DNA of 64,000 nucleotides from Arenicellales bacterium (GCA_965202615.1 OZ241837.1:2370894-2434893), one strand, 5' to 3'. Positions 1-10,627 are shown, counted from the stretch's first letter. Program-made: numbers and translations. The notes: generated from the sequence alone by a model not told the origin.

Positions 1-2
1 TC

Positions 3-866
3 CCCCGCACAGGTGATCTGAGAATCCTAGACAACATGTACGACCAGTGGTGCGAGCACGGTGCCTCAATTGCACGGCAGCAGTACCCTGCCTTGCGACA
101 TGAAGAGCGCTACCGTACCAATGGCAAACCCGCTCAGGATCAGTATGGAGAGGTTGTGGCTTGGCTCCGTCTTGGTCGATCACTACCAGGCCGCCGCATA
201 AGCACCCTGACAGCCTGTTTCAAGGAAGCGATTCTGAGCCAGCACCAGAAAATTCATGGCGAACCTCCACGAATACTCCATGGCCACGGCTTTCGTGGAC
301 GAGGCTATGAGATTGCCAGATACCTTGCGCTTCCAGATGTCGGTTTCGAGTACTCGCGCGGTCAGATTCTCGGACTAGCTCTCTGGTTGCCTCGGACACC
401 CGATTCCATAACTCGTCAAAAAGCACGGGACGCAGCCTACGCAATCCGTCGCCTTGTCGCACCAGGTATCGAAGTTGATGTCTATCCCCGGGACCAAGCT
501 ACAGAACGTCCGTTTGCGACCAATCCGAGACGGTGGGTTCGCTACTCTCGGATCTGGGCGACCGCAATACCCGCTATTCATGAAAGACATTGCACTCTTG
601 ATCTCCCGGAACTTGCCCGGTGGTGTCTACATGCAGGTTTGCCGGAGCCGGTTGCGTTCCGTTCGACCCGCACACCAATTGTGCCAGGTGCTCTGGATCT
701 TGCCCCCGTGGAGGTAAAGCGGCCGGGAAGGCCTGGCCTCCCATATTCCCATGTGGAGCTTCACTTTGCGGAAGCCGTTGCTGGTCCGGTGGTTATCGGT
801 TCCGGTCGCCAAAGGGGATTTGGGCTATGTTTGCCGGTTGGGGAACCGTCAACAACTGTCAAATGA
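3..866 (+). CDS. csb2: Type I-G (I-U) CRISPR protein Csb2 (Cas5/Cas6 fusion), 5' truncated by window edge
   Basis: Frame is open to the window edge. Contains YLALPDVG and the C-terminal Cas6-like G-rich loop GPVVIGSGRQRGFGLC. Stop overlaps the cas3 ATG (ATGA). Confidence 0.85.
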   Translation, partial: PRTGDLRILDNMYDQWCEHGASIARQQYPALRHEERYRTNGKPAQDQYGEVVAWLRLGRSLPGRRISTLTACFKEAILSQHQKIHGEPPRILHGHGFRGRGYEIARYLALPDVGFEYSRGQILGLALWLPRTPDSITRQKARDAAYAIRRLVAPGIEVDVYPRDQATERPFATNPRRWVRYSRIWATAIPAIHERHCTLDLPELARWCLHAGLPEPVAFRSTRTPIVPGALDLAPVEVKRPGRPGLPYSHVELHFAEAVAGPVVIGSGRQRGFGLCLPVGEPSTTVK

Positions 867-3640
867 ATGTGCCCATGCCATCCTTCTCGGAATTTTACCG
901 GGCGGTCAATGACCGCGATCCATTTCCGTGGCAAATACGACTCGCCGATTGTGTCGCTAGGACGGAACAGTGGCCAAAAGAAATTGGAGTGCCGACCGGG
1001 CTTGGTAAAACCGTATGTTTGGAAATTGCAGTCTGGTGGCTTGCTTCTCAGGCGAATCGTGCGCCGGCTGAAAGAACTGCTCCAACTCGAATCTGGTGGG
1101 TGGTCAACCGTCGATTGCTGGTAGACTCTACTACGGAACAAGCGGAGAAACTCGCCGATTTGCTCAATGGATGTAGTTTGGCAGGGATCACGGCTCATAA
1201 TCAACTCATCCTTGCCCAGGTGGCTAACCGACTGCGCTCTCTCTGCGCTGATCCGGAAATGCTGCCCCTGGAAGTCATTTCACTGCGTGGCGGAATCTCC
1301 TCGCGAACTCCTCTCGATCCGTCGCAACCTGCAGTGATTCTGTGCACACTCCCAATGTATGGTTCACGGCTTTTGTTTCGAGGCTACGGGTCTAGACTCC
1401 GTCCCGTGGATGCTGCAATGGCTGGAACCGACAGTTTAGTGCTGCTTGACGAGGCTCACCTCGTGCTGCATTTAAATTCACTTATTGATGCCTTAGCCGA
1501 TTGTATGCCCCATTCTCATTTGCCCCTTAACGGTCAGCGTTCGACGGTAACGCTGGTTGAGATGACTGCCACAGGTAACCCCGACACGAAGATGCGGTTC
1601 GACCTGGACGACGCTGACTACAAGAACAGGGAAATCCGAAAGCGTTTAGATGCGGTAAAGCTTTTGGAGCTGCGACACGTCAAATCAGAGGACCCCGCCC
1701 GACATCTGTCCGATGCAACTCTCGATCTAATGCGCCGAGCAAGCGCACCAAGTACATTTTTGGTTTTCGCCAATACACCAAAAAATGCCAGAGCTGTTTT
1801 CGATCTGCTCTCGAAGGCAACAGCAAACATGGACCCCGAGGTGAATCTCCTTCTTCTGACCGGCCTCACAAGGGAGCGAGAAGCAAACCGTATACGAGCA
1901 CAAATCCTCGACCCTGAACATGGAATGGCCGCGGCGCGACCCAACCAAGACAGGAATCGGCAACTGGTTGTAATTGCCACGCAGACACTGGAAGTCGGAG
2001 CGGACATTGATGCCGAATACCTTGTTACCGAAGCCTGTAGTGTCCGCGCACTCACACAACGCCTAGGAAGGCTGAACAGACTTGGAAAGTACAGCCACAC
2101 ACGCGCCATATATGTTCACCTGCCGCCGCCGAAGTCGCATTCGGGCACCGGAAATGAGGAGAAGTACTGGCCTGTATACGGCAATGAGCCGGCCGTGGTG
2201 CTTGAACGACTTGAGAATGCCAGGCAAAATTCTGACAAAACCATCAATCTTTCCCCGAGGTTGGTGGCTGGAATTCTCGGACCACCAAGGGAAGATTCTG
2301 GACGTGCTCCCGAGGTCCTCCCGGGCATACTGTGGGAGTGGATCAAGACCACCACGCCCCCCGAGGGAGAGGCACCAGTAGAATCGTATTTCAATGGAAT
2401 TGCAAGCCCTCGGTACACCATCTCAGCGATCTGGCGAACATATGTACCGCAGTTGAATGAACGATTATGGCCACGGCCTACCGACCGTGAAGCGGTCGAT
2501 ATTTCTATCAGGGAGTTTCAGAAAGCACTGGGCGATGATGTCATTTGTCGGCTCGCTGGTGACGGGGTGACGACAGAAGAAGTTCCGGTGGCCGAACTTC
2601 GTTCTGGCGACAGGGTCGTGTTACCCACCGACCGCGGGCTGCTTGACCAGTTTGGGTGGAATATTGCCTCGACCGACCCAGTTGTGGACATGTCCCTTGC
2701 TCAAAACGGTCTTCCTCTGGACTCAAAGGCGATCATAAGGCTTTGCGGTATCAACCTCGCCGAATCTGTCCGAAAAGCGCTCGGAAACAGCACAGATGAA
2801 TCGGACGAGATAGATGATATCGAACGGGAACAGGCAGCCCATGATGTCGTCGAGGCGATACAGGACGCGGAACCACCGGATGGATGGGACCCGGTGGAGT
2901 GGTACGAATTCACAAGTTCACTGGAGCCTCGAATTGTGCAAGTGCGAAGGGAAGTGGCGAGACTGGAAGTTAGCAACCCGAAACGCGAAATACGAATCGA
3001 GGAATTCGACGAAATGTCACTTGGTGATTTGGCTACGTTGGACGGCCATGGGAAAGCAGTCGGTGTTCGAGCAAAGGCAGTGGCCGAACGTATTGGTCTA
3101 CCTGCCAACCTAGTCGAAGTGATCGAGCTCGCGGGTAGGTTGCATGATATCGGCAAGGCTGACCGGCGTTTCCAGTTGTGGCTCGATCCCAAATGCGAGG
3201 GTGGATCGTTAATGGCGAAGTCGAACACTCCGCGCCATCAGTGGAATGCAATGCGAGTATCAGCCGGATGGCCAAGAGGTGGCCGCCATGAAGATTTATC
3301 GGCCCGACTGGTTCGTGCGTGGCTGAATGAAAAACCCCATTGGGGTGAGAGTATTGATCGAGACCTGCTGGTCCACCTCGTCATCAGCCATCATGGGAAG
3401 GGTAGACCCCTAGTACCACCAGTGGAGGATGGTACGCAGGAAACCATACAACGTGTGGTTTCAGGCACCTGTGTTGAGGTCTCAGCCGATCTCGCTGAAG
3501 TCGACTGGAACCAGCCCACAAGGTTTCGGCGACTCAATGACCACTTCGGTCCGTGGGGGCTGGCGCTTATGGAGGCAATTGTCAGGCGGTCTGACCACGC
3601 TGTTTCGGCCGAGGGTGTCAAAGACCAAAGTGTACCTTGA
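863..3640 (+). CDS. cas3: Type I-G Cas3 helicase with C-terminal HD nuclease domain
   Basis: PFPWQ, PTGLGKT (Walker A), DEAH, ATQTLEVGAD and QRLGRLNR motifs. C-terminal HD elements LHDIGKAD, SHHG and RSDH. Start placed at ATG 863. Confidence 0.93.
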   Translation: MNVPMPSFSEFYRAVNDRDPFPWQIRLADCVARTEQWPKEIGVPTGLGKTVCLEIAVWWLASQANRAPAERTAPTRIWWVVNRRLLVDSTTEQAEKLADLLNGCSLAGITAHNQLILAQVANRLRSLCADPEMLPLEVISLRGGISSRTPLDPSQPAVILCTLPMYGSRLLFRGYGSRLRPVDAAMAGTDSLVLLDEAHLVLHLNSLIDALADCMPHSHLPLNGQRSTVTLVEMTATGNPDTKMRFDLDDADYKNREIRKRLDAVKLLELRHVKSEDPARHLSDATLDLMRRASAPSTFLVFANTPKNARAVFDLLSKATANMDPEVNLLLLTGLTREREANRIRAQILDPEHGMAAARPNQDRNRQLVVIATQTLEVGADIDAEYLVTEACSVRALTQRLGRLNRLGKYSHTRAIYVHLPPPKSHSGTGNEEKYWPVYGNEPAVVLERLENARQNSDKTINLSPRLVAGILGPPREDSGRAPEVLPGILWEWIKTTTPPEGEAPVESYFNGIASPRYTISAIWRTYVPQLNERLWPRPTDREAVDISIREFQKALGDDVICRLAGDGVTTEEVPVAELRSGDRVVLPTDRGLLDQFGWNIASTDPVVDMSLAQNGLPLDSKAIIRLCGINLAESVRKALGNSTDESDEIDDIEREQAAHDVVEAIQDAEPPDGWDPVEWYEFTSSLEPRIVQVRREVARLEVSNPKREIRIEEFDEMSLGDLATLDGHGKAVGVRAKAVAERIGLPANLVEVIELAGRLHDIGKADRRFQLWLDPKCEGGSLMAKSNTPRHQWNAMRVSAGWPRGGRHEDLSARLVRAWLNEKPHWGESIDRDLLVHLVISHHGKGRPLVPPVEDGTQETIQRVVSGTCVEVSADLAEVDWNQPTRFRRLNDHFGPWGLALMEAIVRRSDHAVSAEGVKDQSVP

Positions 3641-4536
3641 TGGAAAAATATATTTGTAAAGGGGTGCCGGCTTGGTGGGTCAACGGATGGCTCGCCGCAG
3701 TCGGGGCCACAGTTCTCGATTCCCGTCTCCGTCTTCACTGGACAGAGAGCGATAGTCTAGCGGTTCTATCTGCAGACGACTGCGACCCTGTTGATGTTCT
3801 CGTCGAATCCTGGCCTAGTTATGAGCTGCTGTCCGACCTGCCAATTTCAGTTGACTGGAGGAATACAGCAGTACTTAAACGGAAAGTCAACTTAGACTCA
3901 TTTACAGCACGGGCTCGGGCAGCAAGAAGGCACCCGCAAATTTGGACCCTGTCTTCTACAATGACTGATTTGTGTGTCGATGGGAATGGTGAGGTCGCAC
4001 ATGCGCCTTTCGATCCTCCTGGTCCTGGCACTATTAAGTGGTTGCACTATAGGTTGTTGAAAGTTCACCGGAATGTCTCCGAACCATCTGCGGAACGGAT
4101 AAAGGCTTCTTTGGCAGGTGAGGCACCGAGGGTTCAGGATAATGGACTCGGTTTCGACCAGGCGAGAATTGGGTCGCAGGCGGATAAAACCAATCCAAGG
4201 ATAGACCCTGTAGTTGAAGTGTTGGCGTTTTTCGGACTCGCTCTCCTGCCCATGCGCGGTCTTGGTATTGACGGTATTCAAAACGTCCGATTTAACGATG
4301 CACGTCAAAGGGGATGGAGAAGTTCACCGGAAGACAGGAAAGCCAATTATTTTTATTGGCCTGCTTGGGGAGAACCATTAGATTCCAATGGTATTGATGC
4401 GCTACTGGATCTTTGGAATCCCACCAAAGTCAGTGAATGGAAGACCTTAGGCATTAGAACCGGTTGGAAAAGTGCCGCATTCGAGACTGGCCGCTCAAGT
4501 GATCGGACACGTGCCTACGGAGCTGAGCGATTGTGA
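3637..4536 (+). CDS. Putative type I-G large subunit (Csb3/Cas8g-like)
   Basis: Lies between cas3 and cas4 with overlapping start/stop codons. NGWLAAVG, PVVEVLAFFGLALLP and FYWPAW segments resemble Cas8u/Csb3. Confidence 0.7.
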   Translation: MMEKYICKGVPAWWVNGWLAAVGATVLDSRLRLHWTESDSLAVLSADDCDPVDVLVESWPSYELLSDLPISVDWRNTAVLKRKVNLDSFTARARAARRHPQIWTLSSTMTDLCVDGNGEVAHAPFDPPGPGTIKWLHYRLLKVHRNVSEPSAERIKASLAGEAPRVQDNGLGFDQARIGSQADKTNPRIDPVVEVLAFFGLALLPMRGLGIDGIQNVRFNDARQRGWRSSPEDRKANYFYWPAWGEPLDSNGIDALLDLWNPTKVSEWKTLGIRTGWKSAAFETGRSSDRTRAYGAERL

Positions 4537-6152
4537 ACATCGAGCCTGTTGTTCCAATTTCCGCCATTGAGCATTTTGCCTACTGCCCGAGGCAATGTGC
4601 GCTGATTTATTGTGACGGCATCTGGTTTGACAACAAGTATACAGTCAAGGGAACACGGGCTCATCGCCGCGTCGATAGCGAATCGCATCGCCGGGAACGG
4701 GGGCGCACGGTGCTTCGCGGTATACCACTCTGGTCGGAATTGTTGGGACTGTCCGGGCGTGCCGATGTAATCGAAGTCGATGATGACGGGGTGCGACCTG
4801 TTGAGTACAAGTCAGGTGTGCGGCATGGCGATTCGGCAGACTTGCAGTTATGCGCCCAGGCTCTTTGTCTAGAAGAGATGCTCGCGATTGAGATTCCAAA
4901 AGGATTCGTATGGTACAGCGGACCAAGGCGCCGCTTGTGTGTTGAATTTACTGCAAGTCTTCGTAATGAAGTATGCAGGATCGTCGAAACTATCCGCAAA
5001 CAACTATTGACAGGGATGCTGCCCGATGCAGTGGACGACGAACGCTGTAATCACTGTCAACTGTTGCATCATTGCGTCCCCCACCTTTCAAAGCACCTCG
5101 GAAAGTACACCAATATCTGGATGACGTGGTTTTCGGATGCGATATTTAAATACAGTCTACGCCTTAACCACCAAGCCCGGGTGAAAACACGGACCGGTTC
5201 CCTGCTAGTATCATCACCTGAAGGTAGCCAGCGCATCCCGCTTGAAGCTGTTGACGCTCTAGTTCTGATGGGTGGCGCTCAGGTCACAACGCAAGCACTG
5301 GATGCCTGTGTGCGTCGAGGCGTACGCGTGTCCGCACTAACCAAAGGCGGTTCCGTGCGGTTCACCGTCAACGGAACAACGGGAGGAAACGTACATTTAC
5401 GCATTGCATTGTGTCAAACTTCCATGGACACAGGACGGTCATTGTCGCTGGCGAAGACCATCATTGCCGCGAAGTTGCAGAACAGCGGAATTGTTGTTGG
5501 GCGTTGGTCGCGGGATAATCAAAATTTAGCAACCAAAGAACGGTTGGCGACTCGAAGTGAACAAATTCGAGCGCGGATTCCTCGACTTGCCAATGCTGAA
5601 ACGGGTGATCATGTCCGTGGTATTGAGGGCGACGTCGCAAGAATTTACTTTCGCGCGGTAAATGAAGTGCTATCATCCTGTCCGCTTGAATTTTCCAGAA
5701 GAACCAGAAGGCCGCCTCAAGATCCAGTCAACGCCATGCTTGGTTTCTGTTATGGATTGCTCGTGACCGAATGCATCGGTGCCTTGGAAAGTGTGGGGCT
5801 TGACTACCAGATGGGGTTCTTCCATCGACCCCGCTCAGGCCGACCTTCTTTGGCACTCGACCTCGCTGAAGAATTTCGGGCTCTGACTGACCGGTTTGTA
5901 GTATCTTTAGTGCGTCGGCAGCAACTGAATCCGGACGACTTCGAACACACGCCGGGCGGAGGTGTCTACCTGAGTGAAAATGGACGCACGCGTCTATTGA
6001 CAGTTTGGGAAGAGCACAAGAACACTGAAGTTCAGCATCGACTACTTGGCAAACAGGTAGGCCGTTGGGCACTTCCATCAGTTCAGGCTACATTGCTTGC
6101 AAGATTTCTACGTGAGGATCTCCCTGATTATCCTCCTTTCGTACTGCCTTGA
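4533..6152 (+). CDS. cas4/cas1: Cas4-Cas1 single ORF (fusion possibly created by two frameshifts, see findings)
   Basis: Cas4 part: YCPRQ, PVEYK, QLCAQALCLEEM, CxxCxxxxxC. Cas1 part: RGIEGDVAR, RRPPQDPVNAML, LALDLAEEFR. Confidence 0.9.
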   Translation: MNIEPVVPISAIEHFAYCPRQCALIYCDGIWFDNKYTVKGTRAHRRVDSESHRRERGRTVLRGIPLWSELLGLSGRADVIEVDDDGVRPVEYKSGVRHGDSADLQLCAQALCLEEMLAIEIPKGFVWYSGPRRRLCVEFTASLRNEVCRIVETIRKQLLTGMLPDAVDDERCNHCQLLHHCVPHLSKHLGKYTNIWMTWFSDAIFKYSLRLNHQARVKTRTGSLLVSSPEGSQRIPLEAVDALVLMGGAQVTTQALDACVRRGVRVSALTKGGSVRFTVNGTTGGNVHLRIALCQTSMDTGRSLSLAKTIIAAKLQNSGIVVGRWSRDNQNLATKERLATRSEQIRARIPRLANAETGDHVRGIEGDVARIYFRAVNEVLSSCPLEFSRRTRRPPQDPVNAMLGFCYGLLVTECIGALESVGLDYQMGFFHRPRSGRPSLALDLAEEFRALTDRFVVSLVRRQQLNPDDFEHTPGGGVYLSENGRTRLLTVWEEHKNTEVQHRLLGKQVGRWALPSVQATLLARFLREDLPDYPPFVLP

Positions 6153-6155
6153 GAA

Positions 6156-6446
6156 ATGGATATTCTCCTCACTTATGATATCGCCGATACTGACGGAGCT
6201 GGCGCTTCACGGCTCAAACGAAATTCAGAAATTTGCGAAAAGTACGGTCAGCGCGTTCAGTTTTCAGTTTTTCAGTGCAGGCTTTCTCCGACACGATTAA
6301 CTCGATTGATCGGCGAAGTCGAAGACGTGATTGATCGCAAGCAGGACAAAGTTAGCATTTATCGATTCTCCAACGATATCGAAAAGGCAGCGATTCATCT
6401 TGGCTGCCAGCAGGAAAGGAAATTAGGCCAGCCGTGGATAGTCTGA
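6156..6446 (+). CDS. cas2: CRISPR-associated endonuclease Cas2
   Basis: LLTYDIAD and YGQRVQFSVFQC motifs, 96 aa, directly after cas1. Confidence 0.95.
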   Translation: MDILLTYDIADTDGAGASRLKRNSEICEKYGQRVQFSVFQCRLSPTRLTRLIGEVEDVIDRKQDKVSIYRFSNDIEKAAIHLGCQQERKLGQPWIV

Positions 6447-6616
6447 AGTCCTGCGAACCTCTGGTGATTCACCAAATAAATGGTAAAATGAATTTCGAAT
6501 TTATGGAATCTCGTCCTCAGATCCGTTATTCGCGGGATCATTTTGTGTTTTGTAATCAAATTTCCAACTTAAACCTGCTTGAGAGTTTAAGTTTCTTGTC
6601 AAAATGATAATTAGGG
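6447..6616 (+). promoter_or_regulatory. CRISPR leader
   Basis: AT-rich non-coding stretch between cas2 and the first, most conserved repeat. Confidence 0.7.
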
Positions 6617-7089
6617 GTGTTGCCGGGGTTTGTGCTCCGGCCTTTGTTGAGCGTGCGGAACATCCTCGTCACTCGCCAATGTCAGCGCCGTGTTGCCGGG
6701 GTTTGTGCTCCGGCCTTTGTTGAGCGACCCAGGGGCTGGCGCGGCCGAACAGCGTGACATGCGTGTTGCCGGGGTTTGTGCTCCGGCCTTTGTTGAGCGA
6801 TCGGGTTTTCGGCTGGCGCAACCAGTCTGAAAATGTGTTGCCGGGGTTTGTACTCCGGCCTTTGTTGAGCGCGGACGATGACCGGACCACTGCCGACGCA
6901 GGCCATGGTGTTGCCGGGGTTTGTACTCCGGCCTTTGTTGAGCGTGCACGAACGGAATGGTTGTTGGCGACATCAGCCGTGTGTTGCCGGGGTATGTACT
7001 CCGGCCTTTGTTGAGTGCCGGTATGTTTTCGCAAATCGCCAAGAACCGGTACATGTTGCTGGGTTTTGTATTCCGGCCTTTGATAAGTG
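6617..7089 (+). CRISPR. CRISPR array: 7 repeats of 37 bp (GTGTTGCCGGGGTTTGTGCTCCGGCCTTTGTTGAGCG) and 6 spacers of 35-36 bp
   Basis: Repeats start at 6617, 6690, 6763, 6835, 6908, 6981 and 7053. Internal GCCGG..CCGGC hairpin. Repeats degenerate toward the distal end. Confidence 0.97.
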
Positions 7090-8073
7090 ACTACGACAGA
7101 CCAGTTGACTGGACCGGATCAGATTGGTGTTGTAGGTTTTTGATCTGGCTGTATAGCGATAATCAAGATCATTCTAAATTTACCTTGATTATTCTGTAAT
7201 TGGACTATTCAGTAATCGTGTCGTAAGTGTCTATCTTGCATGGCTTCAAGTAAAAGAACACGAGAAATTCTTGCATCGTAATTTTATTCTGAAAATTTCA
7301 TGAATTATTTTGCGATACGGAGAAATACTTGAGTTTACAAGACAGTTATTTTTTAGCACGTGCCAGAGTCGGTTCCGCTATAGTTCGCTCGCGGAGGACA
7401 TTGATGACTTTGTGTTGTTTCTCAAATCAGGTCAATCAAAAGCCTGCTGGAATTCTTACAATAATTCGCTGATGCTGCTGCAAAAAAACGGTAATACCAC
7501 GACTTTGACAAATTCAGGTGCGTCGCTTCCACGCGGTGCATGCTTTGTCTGTGTTTTTAAAGCAAAAAAACGCCGCCGTACTGACCGCTCTGCGTCTCAG
7601 CCAACTTGGCAATCTTTGCAAGTCGGTTGGCAAACGAACCGAAATCCTTAACGACCTAGCATACCGCACAACGGGTAGCTTATCGCTACTGCAACCGCAA
7701 TCGTATACTTGTAAATGACCAGTCCTGTATAAGCTACCGTATTGGTACGATTGGTTCGTTGCGTTGGTTAGATTCTACTATGAATTTTCATGCCTGTTTC
7801 TCCATGTCGGACAACAAAAACTGAGCAAATTAAACTTTTGCTCACCCCGATTATCGCGGCGTACAGGTTAAAACACCGAGTCTAAAATACATCAACGGTT
7901 TTGTATTCCGATTCGCTTGCTAACTGTCTAGAAGTTGGTTCAGGCGACTGCTGGGTATATGCTTGATTTAATTCGCCTTGCACATGTCTAAAGAAATAGA
8001 ATCTCTTCGAAAAAATAAATAAAATTAGACGGTGCTAATTTCTTTTCCGCTCAACTATTTCATTTAGTAAATC

Positions 8074-8949
8074 ATGATGACAAAGTTTCCGCTGACAAAC
8101 GAACAAGTCCAACACTTTCACGAATTTGGATATCTTGTCTCGAACTCTGGACTTGATGAAGATGCGCTGGCCAGTCTGGACAAGGAGATTAAGGAATGGA
8201 TGGATCTTTGCCGACACCATGATTCAAATTTTGGTGAGACTTTCGATGGCAAGGCTCGATTTGATCTTGAAGCCGGTCACACTCGAGAGAACCCTAAACT
8301 CAGACGTGTCGCCAATCCTGTCGATGTCTCAGAAGCATATCAAAGGGTGCTGTGGGACAGTCCGATGGTTGACATGGTGGCTCAACTCATTGGCCCGAAC
8401 GTTCGATTCCATCACTGCAAGCTGAATATCAAGCTCCCGAAGATGGAAACGCAGGTTTACTACCATCAGGACCATTCGTTTGATCCCCATACAAACGACG
8501 ATATGCTCGCAATTCTGCTGATGCTGGATGACACGAGCGAGGCGAACGGATGTCTGCGAGTGGTGCCCGGTTCACACAGAGAGCGTTATTCCCATTTTCA
8601 TGATGGACAATACGTCGGTGCGATTGATTCTTCATACAACAAGGAGTTTGACAAAAAGGCCGTTTCTATCGAAGCGAAGCGCGGAGATGTCTGTTTCATG
8701 CACACTTGGACCGTCCATGGTTCGGAAGCGAACCAATCCGACGGGCCTCGCAGGCTGCTGATATGCGACTACACCTCGGCGGATGCATTCCCGCTGCTGT
8801 CACCCGTGCTGCCTTCTCAATATACCGGCAGGATTGTACGAGGTACATCGAGCCCCGTTGCCCGGCTGAGAACCGATGAGATCGAAATGCGCACGCCGTA
8901 TTCGGATGATTCATTTTTTTCGGTTCAGGGGCAGCCGTCTGCAACTTGA
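8074..8949 (+). CDS. Phytanoyl-CoA dioxygenase (PhyH)-family Fe(II)/2OG oxygenase
   Basis: YHQD (HxD), NGCLRVVPGSH, HGSEANQS and RR motifs. Confidence 0.88.
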   Translation: MMTKFPLTNEQVQHFHEFGYLVSNSGLDEDALASLDKEIKEWMDLCRHHDSNFGETFDGKARFDLEAGHTRENPKLRRVANPVDVSEAYQRVLWDSPMVDMVAQLIGPNVRFHHCKLNIKLPKMETQVYYHQDHSFDPHTNDDMLAILLMLDDTSEANGCLRVVPGSHRERYSHFHDGQYVGAIDSSYNKEFDKKAVSIEAKRGDVCFMHTWTVHGSEANQSDGPRRLLICDYTSADAFPLLSPVLPSQYTGRIVRGTSSPVARLRTDEIEMRTPYSDDSFFSVQGQPSAT

Positions 8950-8965
8950 TTCAGTTTTTTCGACC

Positions 8966-9646
8966 ATGACGTTTTCGATTGTTGCGTTTGATTCCGACAG
9001 CGGCAACGTCGGCATTGCGATTACGACGTCCAGTATCGCCGTCGGCAGTCGTTGCCCGTGGGTTCGTGCAGGAGTCGGAGCAGTTACGACTCAGAACATT
9101 ACCGATCCCAATCTGGGCTCGATGATGCTTGATCACATGGAAGCAGGCAACAGTGCCAGCACGGCAATCGAAAAAGTTGTAAAGTCGCAAAGGAACATTG
9201 AGTATCGCCAGTTGACCGCGGTTGATGTACATGGAGGTGTGGGACACTTCACTGGAGAGGAAATTTTGGGTACAAATGCCGTCGCAGTGGGTGACTCCTG
9301 TGTTGCTGCCGGGAATCTTCTTGCCAGTGAGTCAGTCCCGCAAGCCATGGTCAAGTATTTCGAAGAACGCGATAAATCTGTCCACTTGGCTGAGAGTTTG
9401 GTGAACGCATTGCAGGCTGGAATCGATGCCGGCGGCGAAGAGGGTACAGTGCACTCAGCGGCTGTGTTGGTCGCCAGCCGTCATGCATGGCCTGAAGTGG
9501 ATCTCAGGGTTGACTGGGACGAAGAAGCTCCCGTATCTCGCTTGCATTCACTGGTTTTAGCCTACGAGCCACAGCGCGAAGATTATCTGCTGCGGGCTTT
9601 ATCTCCGGGTGATGCTCCGTCTTACGGAGTGCCCGGCGATTTGTAA
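8966..9646 (+). CDS. DUF1028 (Ntn-hydrolase-like) protein
   Basis: Starts MTFSIVA. Contains AVGSRCPW, GAVTTQ, AGNLL and DLRVD. Confidence 0.88.
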   Translation: MTFSIVAFDSDSGNVGIAITTSSIAVGSRCPWVRAGVGAVTTQNITDPNLGSMMLDHMEAGNSASTAIEKVVKSQRNIEYRQLTAVDVHGGVGHFTGEEILGTNAVAVGDSCVAAGNLLASESVPQAMVKYFEERDKSVHLAESLVNALQAGIDAGGEEGTVHSAAVLVASRHAWPEVDLRVDWDEEAPVSRLHSLVLAYEPQREDYLLRALSPGDAPSYGVPGDL

Positions 9647-9686
9647 ATCAGACTCGGACCAAACGCTAAAATCGTTAGGTCAGCCT

Positions 9687-10508
9687 TTAGGTTGAACGCC
9701 AGTCAGGGCGCCCTGACCGAATCAGTTGCAGGCATTCCTGGTGGAGAGTTCGATTCGACGCCGCCAAGACCCAAGGTCCGGAATTGAGAGTCAAGCGGTC
9801 GCCGTCCCAATCTGTAATTGCTCCGCCGGCGCCTTCAATAACCGGCACCAGCGCCATCATATCGTAGGGCTTCATATCCGATTCCATCACGACATCAACC
9901 CAGCCAGAAGCAAGCAACCCGTAAGCGTAGCAGTCGGCGCCAAAGCGCCGCTCCTTGGCGTTTAGTGAAATTCGGTCAAAAATTTCGCGCTCCGCTTCAG
10001 TAAACATGTCCGGCGATGTTGCCAAAACAACCGCTGTTGCGAGCGATTGTTTTGAATTTGTCTTGCAACGCTGTCCCTGCCAGGTCGAATGTTCATTTTG
10101 GGCTCCGCACCATCGTTCCTTCACGGCGGGCGACTCGATTATTCCAACAATTGGTTCAGCATTCTGTGTCAGCGAAATCAGCACTCCGAACGTCGGCAGT
10201 CCATACACGAATGGCATTGTTCCGTCAATGGGGTCAAGACACCATTTAAGTGAGGCAGAGGATTCTGAATCACCATATTCCTCACCGAAAAACCCGTGAT
10301 TCGGATAGCGTTCGTTCACCATTGATCGGGCCATTTCCTCAATTTTGCAATCCGCTTCGGTCACCCATGTATCGTCCGGTTTCATCCACTGCTGTTTCGC
10401 CTTGTGATAGTACTGAAGCGCAATTTCGCGAGCGTTATCAGCCATGGCGTTGGCAAATTCCACGTATTCAGCGATATCCTCTTGACTGGATTGCAGATGA
10501 TTTGCCAT
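9687..10508 (-). CDS. hisN: Histidinol-phosphatase / inositol monophosphatase family
   Basis: GEEYG, LDPIDGT, DCYAYGLLASG and KPYDMMAL motifs. Confidence 0.78.
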   Translation of the reverse strand: MANHLQSSQEDIAEYVEFANAMADNAREIALQYYHKAKQQWMKPDDTWVTEADCKIEEMARSMVNERYPNHGFFGEEYGDSESSASLKWCLDPIDGTMPFVYGLPTFGVLISLTQNAEPIVGIIESPAVKERWCGAQNEHSTWQGQRCKTNSKQSLATAVVLATSPDMFTEAEREIFDRISLNAKERRFGADCYAYGLLASGWVDVVMESDMKPYDMMALVPVIEGAGGAITDWDGDRLTLNSGPWVLAASNRTLHQECLQLIRSGRPDWRST

Positions 10509-10627
10509 GAATATTCACCTGGCTCGGTAAAGTAAAATCACAATTCAAATTTCAGCGTCACAATAGACGCAATAGTGCGTTGCGAATTTTATGCTGAAAT
10601 CGAATTCTAAATTTCAGAGGTTGTTCT

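Noticed and set aside
5-17. CCGCACAGGTGAT also present at 21301-21313
   Set aside because: A single 13-bp match with no structural context, so probably chance.
620-862. N-terminal extension of the 1006-aa Cas3 ORF
   Set aside because: It overlaps csb2. The ATGA-coupled start at 863 fits better.
6611-7199. Repetitive ORFs in several frames
   Set aside because: They are translations of the CRISPR repeats.
7090-8070. 1-kb AT-rich region with ORFs 7310-7651 and 7518-7718
   Set aside because: No recognisable motifs, RBS or repeats. I could not support a gene or RNA call.
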